A stretch of 64,000 bases of DNA from an uncultured Acidobacteriota bacterium (GTDB lineage: Bacteria; Acidobacteriota; Vicinamibacteria; Vicinamibacterales; UBA8438): NCBI GenBank assembly GCA_913043225.1, contig CAJWLU010000011.1, forward strand, positions 53,216 to 117,215, read 5' to 3'. The notes under the pieces are model-generated. The model made no database searches and was not told the DNA's origin. It saw only the letters and a program-made list of their open reading frames with translations. The position numbers and the translations under genes were made by a program. Positions 1-9,553 of the stretch are shown here, in pieces. Numbering within the stretch: position 1 is the first letter of the stretch; the number at the start of each line of letters is the position of its first letter.

Positions 1-113
1 TGCGATCATCGACCTCTGGCACACCGAAGAGCAAGCTCACGTTCGCCTTATCGGAAACGTTCCGACTGCCGCCTCCGCCGGCTTCCGCCGACGACCCGGT
101 ATAATGTGCCACT

Positions 114-1073
114 TTGATGGTTAGACCTGCGGTCCCCGGCAAGGACTCCCTTCGAAAACGGCACGCACACGCGTTTCCTCCCATCCTGCATGTGGAGTTG
201 ACCAACGAGTGCAACCTCGAGTGTCCGATGTGCGCCCGCACCACCAGCATGACCCGACCGGTGCAGCACATGAACACGGATCTGTTCCGACGCATCATCG
301 ATGACGTGGCGGGACGCGGGGTGCAGAAGCTCTGGCTGCACCACTTCGGCGAGTCGCTTCTCCATCCCCAAGCGTACGAGCTGATTGAGTACGCGGCACG
401 GAAGAAAGACCTCGGACTGGTGGCCCTCTCGACCAACGCCACCACCCTGAACGAGAAGAACGCGCGCAGACTGATCAAGACTAGGCTGCACCATCTCATT
501 CTCTCGGTCGACGCCCACTCGGACGACGTCTACACTGTCGTGCGCGGCTTCGACTTCGAGCGGGTGCTGGCCAACGTTCGCGGCTTCCTCGCCCTGCACA
601 AGGAGACGGAGTCGAAGATGAGCGTGGCGCTGCTGTTCATCAATATGGGCATCAAGCGTCACGAACTCGAGGCGTTCAAAGAGGCCTGGGCACCCTACGA
701 AACCAAGCGGGTCAAGGTGGTCATCAAGAAGATGACCAACTACGGTGGCGTAATCGACACCTCCCAATTCGCCGGCGGGCAGTCCGACACCGAGGTCTAC
801 GACCGGTCGCGACGCCGCAGCTGCCCCAAGCTGTGGGACAGCCTGACTATCCAATCGAACGGGCAGGTGGTGGCCTGTGGCTACGACGTGAACGGCACTA
901 TGCCCTACGGCAATGCGAGCGACATGACGCTGCTCGATGCCTGGAACGGCGACGCGATCGAGGAACTCCGACAGCGGCACGTCGAGCTGAACTTCAACGA
1001 TCTCCCGCTGTGTGACGGATGCGATAAGACGTTCAAGAAACGCCGGACTGCACCCGACGACGACCTCATCTAG
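114..1073 (+). CDS. Radical SAM protein with C-terminal SPASM/Twitch-like domain
   Basis: CNLECPMC radical SAM motif, HHFGES-L, STNAT, C-terminal CPKLW...VACGYD...CDGC. TATAAT at 100-105. Start is TTG114 or ATG117. Confidence 0.9.
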   Translation: MMVRPAVPGKDSLRKRHAHAFPPILHVELTNECNLECPMCARTTSMTRPVQHMNTDLFRRIIDDVAGRGVQKLWLHHFGESLLHPQAYELIEYAARKKDLGLVALSTNATTLNEKNARRLIKTRLHHLILSVDAHSDDVYTVVRGFDFERVLANVRGFLALHKETESKMSVALLFINMGIKRHELEAFKEAWAPYETKRVKVVIKKMTNYGGVIDTSQFAGGQSDTEVYDRSRRRSCPKLWDSLTIQSNGQVVACGYDVNGTMPYGNASDMTLLDAWNGDAIEELRQRHVELNFNDLPLCDGCDKTFKKRRTAPDDDLI

Positions 1074-1118
1074 GCCCCTCGCTATCCCGGCAGCCTCTTC
1101 CGACCGATAACGGGAGAC

Positions 1119-1373
1119 ATGGTACGCTTCTCTCACCCGACTCGTGCGGTCGACGATCAAATCACCATCTGGTGCGAGCGCCTGGACGAGGGGTTCCGTC
1201 TCGTACATCGGCTGCCTAGCGGCAGCCTGTCAGCCGAGCGCTTCGGCGACCGGATGACGCTATTCGACGCCACGGTGCGCCTGCAGACGCAACTGACGGG
1301 CGCCGGCTGGCGGCCCGCTCCGATTACAAGTGCCAGTTCGCGCGCGGCGCGCGCCGGCCACTTTCGTCGCTGA
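1119..1373 (+). CDS. Small hypothetical protein
   Basis: 84-aa ORF with GGAGA SD-like site, co-oriented between two clear genes; no recognised motif. Confidence 0.55.
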   Translation: MVRFSHPTRAVDDQITIWCERLDEGFRLVHRLPSGSLSAERFGDRMTLFDATVRLQTQLTGAGWRPAPITSASSRAARAGHFRR

Positions 1374-1389
1374 CGCCCAAGAGCGGCCG

Positions 1390-1974
1390 ATGACCGTTGC
1401 CATCGATGTGGCACTACTGCTTGGCACCAAGGCCAAAGCTCTAGCGACCAGCCTGAACAAGCGGACCGTCCCAGCGGGGCCGGACGGCTTCAGGTTCGAC
1501 GCCCATCACCTTCCACACGTCACACTCGGTCAACACTTCGTCAAGGAGTCCGCGCTGGACGCGATCGGCGCGGCGCTCGCGGCGCTGGCCGGGACAGCCT
1601 CGAAGGTGGCGCTCCACGTCACTGGTATCGAACGCGGCCGGACCGCGCAGGTGCTGACCATCGCCTCGACCGCTCCGCTCGACGCGTTACACACTGCAGT
1701 AATGGAGGTTATGCATCCGTTCGAGGTGAACGAAGGCGACGCCGCCGCCTTCGCTACCGGCCCAGCTGCCAGACCGGCCGATGTCGCCTGGGTCCGCGAC
1801 TTCCGCACCGCGGCCGCTTACGAACGGTTCCATCCCCACATCACCATCGGCATCGGCGGCCCACCCCTAGCGGCGGTTCCCTTTCGCGCCCACCCTGACC
1901 GGATGGGCGTCTGCCGGCTGGGACGGTTCTGCACCTGCGGCAAACCGATCGCGGCATGGACGCTGGGCACATAG
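1390..1974 (+). CDS. 2H phosphoesterase (2'-5' RNA ligase superfamily)
   Basis: Two HxT-h motifs (PHVTL, PHITI); start trimmed to ATG1390. Confidence 0.8.
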   Translation: MTVAIDVALLLGTKAKALATSLNKRTVPAGPDGFRFDAHHLPHVTLGQHFVKESALDAIGAALAALAGTASKVALHVTGIERGRTAQVLTIASTAPLDALHTAVMEVMHPFEVNEGDAAAFATGPAARPADVAWVRDFRTAAAYERFHPHITIGIGGPPLAAVPFRAHPDRMGVCRLGRFCTCGKPIAAWTLGT

Positions 1975-2129
1975 CGCTTCCATGGAGCTTCGCCTCAAAG
2001 TCCGTGCTGAGCTAGTAGGCCCGACCACGCCGCCCCGCTTGGCTCGCTGCGGCGCCCGGCAGGCTCGTTCTTCACCAGCCTACTGGGGTTCGCAACGGCT
2101 GAGGTAGGATCCGGCCGAGGAGTGTGCCC

Positions 2130-2891
2130 ATGACCATGCGTGCCGGACTGCTTGTCGTCCTGCTATCGTCGATCGGTTGCTCGACATCGGTTACCGTCGA
2201 ACCCGAGGCAGCCGAAACCTCACGTCAGAGCGCCGCCACCGAGACGTCGTTTACGCCCCGAACCGTAACCGAAGCTGACATCCCGGCCGACATCGACCAC
2301 GGGTCGTGGGCGCGGCTCCCCACCATTCAGCGTGAGAACCTCGACGCCGACGGCCAGCGAGTATTCGACCTCATCGTGAACCCAGGCAGCCGTTACTCAA
2401 GCGGTCTTCGGGGCCCAATCGGAATGTGGATGTACAGTCCGCCGATGGCCGAACATCTGTTCCCCGCCAGCACTTATCTGCGTTTCGGCCACGATAACGA
2501 ACGCGACCAGCGCCTAGTCGAGTTGGCCATCCTCGCAGCGGCCCGGGCACTGAACAGCCAGTACGAATGGTCAGCCCATGAAGGGCTCGGACGCAGCGCT
2601 GGTTTGGAGGAAGGGATCATCGACCTGGTACGGCATGGCCGGTCGGTGGACGTCGAAGGCCTTCCTGGGTTCGGGGAGGTCGAGCGCACCATCGTATCCC
2701 TCGTGCGACAGTTGATCCTCGAACCGAAGGTCGATGTGGAAACCTTTGCCACCGCCCGGCGGCTGTTCAGCGAGCAGGGCCTGATGGACCTCGCCGGGCT
2801 GGTCGGCCACTACACCACGGTCAACTACACACTCAAGACCTTCGACGTGCAGCGCTCGCCTGGCCAGGAACTCGGCCTACCGCTCCCCTGA
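2130..2891 (+). CDS. Carboxymuconolactone decarboxylase/AhpD-like protein with lipoprotein-like signal
   Basis: ELAILAAAR..SQYEWSAH motif, DLAGLVGHY; N-terminal hydrophobic stretch ending SSIGC; GAGGAG 7 nt before ATG2130. Confidence 0.75.
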   Translation: MTMRAGLLVVLLSSIGCSTSVTVEPEAAETSRQSAATETSFTPRTVTEADIPADIDHGSWARLPTIQRENLDADGQRVFDLIVNPGSRYSSGLRGPIGMWMYSPPMAEHLFPASTYLRFGHDNERDQRLVELAILAAARALNSQYEWSAHEGLGRSAGLEEGIIDLVRHGRSVDVEGLPGFGEVERTIVSLVRQLILEPKVDVETFATARRLFSEQGLMDLAGLVGHYTTVNYTLKTFDVQRSPGQELGLPLP

Positions 2892-3083
2892 CCTGCGCTT
2901 AGGTGAGACGGAAGGTCAACCCACCGATGGTGCGCCAGAAATTCGGTGCAGCGTCAATGTGTACGAATCGTGAGTCAAGGTCAGCGCCAGCACCTGGCCC
3001 ATCCAGACCTGTGCCTCTGCTCCCAACTAGAACGCGGGCTGAACCTCGACCCAGCCAGCCGGCGCCACAGCCCCTCCCAGAGG

Positions 3084-3542
3084 ATGAAGGCCTCCAAGAC
3101 CACGCGTACCCCCTCTATACTGGCGCCAGCGATGGTGTGGGGTGTAGTCGGCCTCTCGGCACTCGGCTTCGTCATCTCGAGCTATGTGACCGGGGTAGCG
3201 TTCCATTGGGTCCGTCCAGATACGCGGTGGGTCCCTCCGGTATGCCGGATGGAAGAGGAAACCTGCGCCCTGGTGGTGTTCACCCCACAGGCGCGGCTGT
3301 TCGGCCCCCCGAACTCACTGCTTGGACAGGTCTTCTACATGGCGTTGCCACTGGCGGCGCTGGCGGGCGCGCTCGATCTAGACTGGGCGCGTCTCGCCAT
3401 CCAGACAATCAGCCTGGCCACGGTCATCCTCGGACTGTATCTGACCTACGCGCTACTCTTCATCAACCGCGTGCACTGCGTGCTGTGCTACATCTCGCAC
3501 GTCATCAACACGGCACTATTCGTGCTGTTGCTGATGACCTGA
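3084..3542 (+). CDS. Vitamin K epoxide reductase (VKOR) family membrane protein
   Basis: Loop cysteine pair (C-x6-C), LFGxPNS, C-terminal CVLC in a TM helix; start uncertain (3084 or 3132). Confidence 0.85.
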   Translation: MKASKTTRTPSILAPAMVWGVVGLSALGFVISSYVTGVAFHWVRPDTRWVPPVCRMEEETCALVVFTPQARLFGPPNSLLGQVFYMALPLAALAGALDLDWARLAIQTISLATVILGLYLTYALLFINRVHCVLCYISHVINTALFVLLLMT

Positions 3543-4397
3543 GCGGCCTGTCTTAGCGTCGTCGATCGGAACGAGGCGTCGGCGCTCGTCCAGGATCAGC
3601 CGATACTCAGACGCGCGCTTCCATACCCGGTTGGCCATCTCGGTGAGGTGAACTGCCTTCAGCCCAAAGTAGAGGAATAAGGCGCCGGTGGCGCCCACTA
3701 CGGCGGCCTGCAAGCCGGAAATAGCGACGCCACCGACCTGTGGCGCCAGCCGGCCCAGCCCCTGATACACCAGAAACCCAAGGACGGCCAGCATCGGCCC
3801 GGTAACGGTACGGACGCTCCACGACGCCACGCGCGACTGCTTCTCCATCAACGCACCAACCGTGCGCAGCCGGTCGAGCGACACCTCGAGCTGGTCGAAA
3901 TCATTGCCCGACAGTACCTCGCGCAGCGGCACCTGCGCCCGGCAGGCTCTGGCGACCCGCCGGTCACCACGCACCCAGGACAACCCGTTCACCGACAACG
4001 TCCAATCGGGAAACTGATCACGCAGTCGACCAAGCAACCGCTCTCGCCCCTCAGAGCTATGTTCGTGCACCGTTGAAGCGGTATCGATCTCGACCCGACG
4101 CCGCGAAGGAATCAGCACGATCTCGTGCAGTTCACCATCGTCGTGCGTCTCGACATAGGCGGCGGCGTGTGGAGCGATACCTTCGTGCAACATCGCCTCG
4201 TGATCGAGACACGGCAACCCGGGCACCGGCGGATCAAGCGGCACCTCGAGGCGATACAGCTTGATGGCTCTTAGATCGGCGAATACCCGGACGGCCTCGA
4301 ACACATCGGCACAGGCCTGACAGTCAGCCATCGACAACGACTCGTCTGGCCGGCGCGTGTCGGACGACGAAGCGGTCGTAGTAGAGGCGTCGTGCAT
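3516..4397 (-). CDS. Hypothetical protein with two C-terminal TM helices
   Basis: Plausible coding part of the 518-aa ORF; the upstream part is the antisense shadow of the 4552 gene. Start uncertain. Confidence 0.6.
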   Translation of the reverse strand: MHDASTTTASSSDTRRPDESLSMADCQACADVFEAVRVFADLRAIKLYRLEVPLDPPVPGLPCLDHEAMLHEGIAPHAAAYVETHDDGELHEIVLIPSRRRVEIDTASTVHEHSSEGRERLLGRLRDQFPDWTLSVNGLSWVRGDRRVARACRAQVPLREVLSGNDFDQLEVSLDRLRTVGALMEKQSRVASWSVRTVTGPMLAVLGFLVYQGLGRLAPQVGGVAISGLQAAVVGATGALFLYFGLKAVHLTEMANRVWKRASEYRLILDERRRLVPIDDAKTGRSGHQQQHE

Positions 4398-4551
4398 CGC
4401 TCTAATGCCCAGCGCGCGAAGCCCTCGCGCACGGTCCGGCCACCATATCACGGCCGTCTCGAACCAACCGCACCCCTCCCGCAGCGTGCCCTCGACCCTC
4501 GCAATATAATCCAGCACACACGGCGCCAGACGCGCCGGCGAGGAGGACTCG

Positions 4552-5577
4552 ATGTCGGACCAGCAGTGGTACATGGCAAAGCACGGGCACCAGATCGGCC
4601 CCATGTCGGAAGCCGAGCTCATCGGCAATATCCAGAACGGTAGCGCCGAGGCCAAGACACTGGTGTTCACCTCCGGCATGACCAACTGGACGCCACTGGG
4701 TAAGGTGCCGCAGCTGGCCGCCCGGCTAAGCGGCGGACAGGACGTGCCCACACCTCCGATGCCACCGGGACGGACCGCCCACGAGATCGACTTTGCGGTC
4801 GAAGGCACCGAGATGCAATACGTCGAGGTGGAGCTCGACCCGGGCGAGAGCGCTGTAGCCGAAGCAGGCGCGATGATGTATATGACCCAAGGCATCAGCA
4901 TGGAGACCGTCTTCGGAGATGCCAGCCACCAGCAGGAACAGTCGGGACTTATGGACAAGCTGCTGGGCGCAGGCAAGCGGCTGCTCACGGGTGAGAGCCT
5001 CTTCATGACGGTGTTCACCAACAGCGGCTCTGGCAAGCAGCAGGTCGCCTTCGCCGCCCCATACGCCGGCAAGATCCTGTCGATGGATCTATCGGAGCTC
5101 GGGGGCGAGCTGATCTGTCAGAAAGACTCGTTCCTGTGCGCAGCCAAAGGGGTGAGCATCGGTATCGCTTTTCAGAAGAAGATCGGCGTCGGGCTGTTCG
5201 GCGGCGAGGGGTTCATCATGCAACGGCTCCAGGGCGACGGACTGTCGTTCCTGCACGCCGGCGGCACGGTACACCTGGTGCACCTGAAGCCGGGCGAGAC
5301 CCTGCGAGTGGACACCGGTTGCCTGGTGGCGCTGCAGCCGAGCGTGGACTACGACATCCAGTTCGTGGGCGGCATCAAAACGGCCCTGTTTGGCGGCGAG
5401 GGGCTGTTCTTTGCCCAGCTCCGTGGTCCGGGGCGGGTCTGGCTGCAGTCTCTGCCGCTAAGCCGGCTAGCCGACCGCATTTACAAGGCAGCCCCGCAGA
5501 CCGGCGGTCGACGCCAGGGCGAGGGCTCGATTCTGGACAACATCGGAGGCTTAGGTAACCTCATAGATGGTAAGTAA
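4552..5577 (+). CDS. TIGR00266/AIM24 family protein with N-terminal GYF_2 domain
   Basis: WY..HGHQIGP...GMTNW (GYF_2); AEAGAMMYM, TGESLF and FGGEG repeats; GAGGAGG SD; TATAAT ~4505. Confidence 0.9.
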   Translation: MSDQQWYMAKHGHQIGPMSEAELIGNIQNGSAEAKTLVFTSGMTNWTPLGKVPQLAARLSGGQDVPTPPMPPGRTAHEIDFAVEGTEMQYVEVELDPGESAVAEAGAMMYMTQGISMETVFGDASHQQEQSGLMDKLLGAGKRLLTGESLFMTVFTNSGSGKQQVAFAAPYAGKILSMDLSELGGELICQKDSFLCAAKGVSIGIAFQKKIGVGLFGGEGFIMQRLQGDGLSFLHAGGTVHLVHLKPGETLRVDTGCLVALQPSVDYDIQFVGGIKTALFGGEGLFFAQLRGPGRVWLQSLPLSRLADRIYKAAPQTGGRRQGEGSILDNIGGLGNLIDGK

Positions 5578-5722
5578 GGACTTGCTCATTCATATGCCCG
5601 GGTCGACAGTGATATAATCCACCCGGCGTAGGAAGAGGTAGTTTCGTCCCTGCGCACCGCTCAAATCGGCATCTTGCACTGGGCGCCTCGGGTGCCCAAG
5701 ATCGCCCCTTAGCACACGAGGT

Positions 5723-6202
5723 ATGAGGACTATGCGGAACCCGTCTGCAGACAAGAGCCGCCGTCGAGTGGCAGCTATTTTCGTCGCGGCGCTATGCGCC
5801 GTTGTGGCCATGTTCGCTGGCGCCCCGGGCCTTTCGACCGTGGCCGCACAGGAAGCCACCATCTGGGACGGTGTCTACACCGAAGAGCAGGCCGAGCGCG
5901 GCATGAAGGTCTACGAGCAGGAATGCGCGGCATGCCACCTGGACGATCTAATGGGCGACGGCATCGCGCCGGCCCTGGTGGGATCGTCGTTCTTCTTCCG
6001 GTGGAGCGACCTCTCGGTTGGTGACATGTATGCCGCCATCCGCACCACCATGCCGCAGGGCGCACCGGCCAGCTTGAGTCCGGCGGGCTACGCTGAGATT
6101 TCGGCCTACATGCTGCAGAAGAACAACGTACCGGCTGGTGATACCGAGTTGTCGTCGGACATGGACGACCTCGAGGTCATCACCATCACCGATTCGCAGT
6201 AG
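5723..6202 (+). CDS. Periplasmic monoheme cytochrome c
   Basis: Signal peptide, WDGVYTEEQAERG, CAACH heme motif, TMP distal Met. Confidence 0.9.
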   Translation: MRTMRNPSADKSRRRVAAIFVAALCAVVAMFAGAPGLSTVAAQEATIWDGVYTEEQAERGMKVYEQECAACHLDDLMGDGIAPALVGSSFFFRWSDLSVGDMYAAIRTTMPQGAPASLSPAGYAEISAYMLQKNNVPAGDTELSSDMDDLEVITITDSQ

Positions 6203-6209
6203 CACCCTA

Positions 6210-6240
6210 CGCCCTGGCGCCGCTCCGCGGCGCCGGGGCG
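6210..6240. terminator. GC-rich hairpin after cytochrome c, probable terminator
   Basis: CGCCCTGGCGCCGC-TCC-GCGGCGCCGGGGCG, 14-bp stem with one G-U, between convergent genes. Confidence 0.55.
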
Positions 6241-6331
6241 CTCCTCCCTTCCCCGCCAAGACGTCCGGCGTGGGCTCCTTCCCTCGACACCAATTGGACT
6301 CGGGATTGGTGGGTTCCGTGCCGCCGGCCTT

Positions 6332-7795
6332 TCAGCTGCTGGCTGGTTCCGACGTCGATGTCGTCGTCGAAGTGGTAAGCCCCATCCGTTGCGCCGCCCG
6401 CTCGGCCTCTTCGCGACCCGGATAGCTGATGCCGCGACGGTGCAGCTTAAGCGTGTAGATGGAGAAGGGCGACAACCGGTGCGACAGATACACGCTCCCC
6501 ACCGTGGCCGCCATCAACGGCAGCATAATGCGGTAGTCATTGGTCATCTCGAACAGGATCAGGATTGAGGTGGTGGGCGCTTTGGCCGCAGCGGCGAAGA
6601 AGGCCGCCATCCCGACCATGGCATAGGCGCCAGACGTCGCCGTCCAGTCCGGGAAGACGAAGTGCACCAGCGAGCCAAAGGCGCCGCCGAGCATCGCCCC
6701 CATGTAGAGACTGGGCGCGAACACGCCGCCCGAACCGCCCGAACCCAGCGTAAAGCAATTGGCCACCATCTCGGCCACGAACAGGCCCACCAGCAGCTCC
6801 CACGGGAATCGCACCCAGAGCGCCGACTCGACGGCTGGGAGGCCTGCGCCATAGATATCCGGGAAATAGCGGAGTACCAGGCCTGCTAGCAGGCCGCCCA
6901 CCGCCGGCTTCAGATAGTCGGGGAACTTCCAGGCACCAAACAGGTCCTCGGCCTTGTAGAGAGCGCGCACATAAAGGATGGCTGCCCAGCCAAGAATTAG
7001 CCCCATCGCGAAGTAGAGGGGCAGCTCACGACCGCTCACCAGGTCGTAGGCGGGCGCAGTGAACGCCGGATAATTGCCCAGATACGAGCGCGCCACCATG
7101 CAGGAGCTGAGCGAGGTGAGCAGCACCAGCAGAAAGTCGGTTTGCAGCCGCCCGATGAGCACTTCCATCGAGAAGATGGCGCCAGCAATCGGCGCATTGA
7201 AGGTGGCAGCCACTCCGCCGGCAGCGCCGCAAGTAACCAACGTGCGGACGCGATGTGGCGTCAGCTTGGTCCATTGTCCCACCGCCGAGCCGATAGCTGA
7301 GCCGATCTGCACCATCGGTCCTTCGCGGCCGGCCGTGCCGCCAAAGCCGATAGTGAGCGACGAAGTGATGACCTTGATAGTGGCAACGCGCTTACGGATA
7401 CGACCGCCGCGACTGGCTAGTGCCGTCATCACTTCGGGCACGCCGTGTCCACGGGCTTCCTTCGCGAACTTGTGGATGAGCGGGCCCGCAATCAGGCCGC
7501 CGATGGCTGGCAACAGTACCAAGTTGGCGGGTCCGAAGATCTCGAGCGCGTGCGCCACCTCGCCCCGAGCAAACTCGGCCAGCCATTCCAGCACGAAGAT
7601 AAAGCCCACCGACCCGTAGCCTGTAAGCACCCCGACCACCACCGCAAGGATGATGAGATAGTTCTGTTCTGGGAGGAACGAGGCCTTGGAGAAGACCTTG
7701 GGCCAGCGGCCCATCGCCGCCCGCCACGTACGCGGCGGGGACGACGACGGCGCGGGCTCGACCGGTTCGTGGATGTCGTCTTCGGCGGAGGTCAT
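6332..7795 (-). CDS. ClC family chloride channel/antiporter without CBS domains
   Basis: [31 protein letters not shown] signature motifs. Confidence 0.95.
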   Translation of the reverse strand: MTSAEDDIHEPVEPAPSSSPPRTWRAAMGRWPKVFSKASFLPEQNYLIILAVVVGVLTGYGSVGFIFVLEWLAEFARGEVAHALEIFGPANLVLLPAIGGLIAGPLIHKFAKEARGHGVPEVMTALASRGGRIRKRVATIKVITSSLTIGFGGTAGREGPMVQIGSAIGSAVGQWTKLTPHRVRTLVTCGAAGGVAATFNAPIAGAIFSMEVLIGRLQTDFLLVLLTSLSSCMVARSYLGNYPAFTAPAYDLVSGRELPLYFAMGLILGWAAILYVRALYKAEDLFGAWKFPDYLKPAVGGLLAGLVLRYFPDIYGAGLPAVESALWVRFPWELLVGLFVAEMVANCFTLGSGGSGGVFAPSLYMGAMLGGAFGSLVHFVFPDWTATSGAYAMVGMAAFFAAAAKAPTTSILILFEMTNDYRIMLPLMAATVGSVYLSHRLSPFSIYTLKLHRRGISYPGREEAERAAQRMGLTTSTTTSTSEPASS

Positions 7796-9330
7796 TGCGC
7801 GTCCGGCAACAACGCGACGATACGGACGCGGTCGACCCGTCGCAGAGTAAGCAGGGCCGGCTCGACACGTCGCTCGAGCCGTTCGAAGCTGGCGCGCGAG
7901 TCCACGTCATCGGTGGCTCGCCCGTCGATCGTCAAGACCAGGTCGCCCAGTTCGAGACCAGCGGCAGCGGCAGCGCCGTCTGGTCGAGTGGCCACCACGC
8001 GCCACCCCTCGACACCATCAGCGCCAACATCCCACCGCAGGGCCACGCCCAGTCCAAGCAGCCGCACCGGCGGCTCGACGGGCGGCGCGCAGTCGACGCC
8101 TGGTAGGACCGTACCGCCGCTCAGTCGGCGGCGGCCGCGCAAGACCCGATAGCGCGTCAGGGTGCCCGCCTCGATAGCGTCCGAGCGGACGTTGAACGCG
8201 TCGACCGATTCGACCGGCTCACCGTCCCACTCCAGGATGATGTCGCCCGGGCGCAGCGACGGTTCGGGTACAAACGCCTCGGCTCGCAGCCGCTCCACCA
8301 GCAAGCCCTGCTCGATGTCGAGGAGCGCGATCACCTCGGGCGACAGCGCCGCAACAGAGATGGCGCGACACCGATCTACGCGCTGCAATTCGACCACGGA
8401 CCGGCGCACGGCACTCGACGACAGCAACCGCGTACGTTCGCCCAACACCGAACCGCCCAGTGCCACGCCGACCAGTTCGCCATCCAAGTCGACGACAGCC
8501 GAGGCGCCGGTGCTCGACAGCGGCACCGATACTTCGAGAGAGGCGTCACCCGTGTCCTCGCCGCGCGCCGCTACCAGGTGCCCGGGCGTGATCGACGAAC
8601 GACCGGAGCGGTCTCTGGTCACCGCACCCACGTAGGCTCCCGAGGGCACCGCCGCTGGCAGAACCAGACTGAACGATGGCACCCGCTCTATATCTACTTC
8701 GAAGAGCGCCAATCCCTGCTCGCTGTCGACGGCCACCAACCCATGCGGACGTGCGGGAGGTTCCTCAACCATAGGCTCAGGCTTGCCATCCGGATCGTCC
8801 ACGGCAGCGTCGTCAGTCTCGGTCGCTTCGGCCAACTCAGCATCGACTTCGCCACCGCCAACCTCTGCGTCATCCCCCTCTCGCTCGTCTGGACGCAACA
8901 GCGCCTCGCGATCGAGCTCGGCCAGCACAGCTTCGCCGGCTGCCGCGGTGGTCAGAGCCAAGCCCGGCATCACCACCACGGCCGGTACGCTATTGGGCCC
9001 CACCAGCACCACGCGGTCTTCCACTCGCTCGCGCAGCTGGCCCCAGTAGTCGTCGAAGTAGGTCAGCGGCGTCTTTTCGAGATCGGGCCGACGCGGAGGA
9101 TCTGGGGGAAGCGGCAGCGGCTCAGGCGCCGCCGTCGGCACGCCGTCGGCGTCAGCCGCCTCCACCGCGCGACCGGCCTCGAGCGCGCCCTGCACCAGCA
9201 CGCCGGCGACGATCAGAATGATCACCACCGGGAACAAGAGCTGCCGTTCGTGCAGCGTACGGATAAAGGGAATGCGAAGGAGGCTACCCACAGAAAGCGC
9301 CCATCGTTCGAGGAGGCCTAGCTCCCCCAT
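7792..9330 (-). CDS. Membrane-anchored protein with degenerate trypsin-like region and two PDZ domains
   Basis: N-terminal TM helix; VVDLDGELVGV; LRPGDIILEWDG and GLELGDLVLTIDG PDZ motifs; stop overlaps ClC start (ATGA). Start uncertain. Confidence 0.75.
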   Translation of the reverse strand: MGELGLLERWALSVGSLLRIPFIRTLHERQLLFPVVIILIVAGVLVQGALEAGRAVEAADADGVPTAAPEPLPLPPDPPRRPDLEKTPLTYFDDYWGQLRERVEDRVVLVGPNSVPAVVVMPGLALTTAAAGEAVLAELDREALLRPDEREGDDAEVGGGEVDAELAEATETDDAAVDDPDGKPEPMVEEPPARPHGLVAVDSEQGLALFEVDIERVPSFSLVLPAAVPSGAYVGAVTRDRSGRSSITPGHLVAARGEDTGDASLEVSVPLSSTGASAVVDLDGELVGVALGGSVLGERTRLLSSSAVRRSVVELQRVDRCRAISVAALSPEVIALLDIEQGLLVERLRAEAFVPEPSLRPGDIILEWDGEPVESVDAFNVRSDAIEAGTLTRYRVLRGRRRLSGGTVLPGVDCAPPVEPPVRLLGLGVALRWDVGADGVEGWRVVATRPDGAAAAAGLELGDLVLTIDGRATDDVDSRASFERLERRVEPALLTLRRVDRVRIVALLPDAQ

Positions 9331-9553
9331 AAGCATTGTAGTACGCGCCACTCGCACCCGCAACCAAGGCAGGCGCGCCAGGACAAAGAACTCTCCCCAC
9401 CACTGATGGTGACGGAGTGATAGGAGGTGTCAGCGAGTGCCGAGGACACTTACTGCTGATCGAGCAATTGCTACATCATCGCTAGACCGGCCTCCACTAC
9501 TGATTGCTCTGACGATAAAGGGCGACCTGCCAGGCCGTCCCTTTCGCTTGTAA

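Noticed and set aside
48..1208. 386-aa minus-strand ORF and many similar long antisense ORFs (e.g. 27688-28533, 35487-36377, 54565-55566, 57114-58145)
   Set aside because: Antisense shadows of well-supported genes, expected in high-GC DNA; no motifs.
2892..3083. Possible gene remnant between the CMD-like and VKOR genes
   Set aside because: No recognisable homology in any frame by eye.
4398..5072. N-terminal 225 aa of the 518-aa ORF
   Set aside because: Overlaps the GYF_2/TIGR00266 gene and its promoter on the opposite strand; not a real extension.
9420..9500. Fluoride-riboswitch-like pieces on the minus strand (TGGAGG...GCTGACACCTCCTAT) upstream of the PDZ-ClC pair
   Set aside because: The P1 stem and GGyGAUGG consensus are not met, and the ClC has GHGVP/GREGP rather than CLC-F motifs. 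An Infernal search with the Rfam fluoride riboswitch model would settle it.
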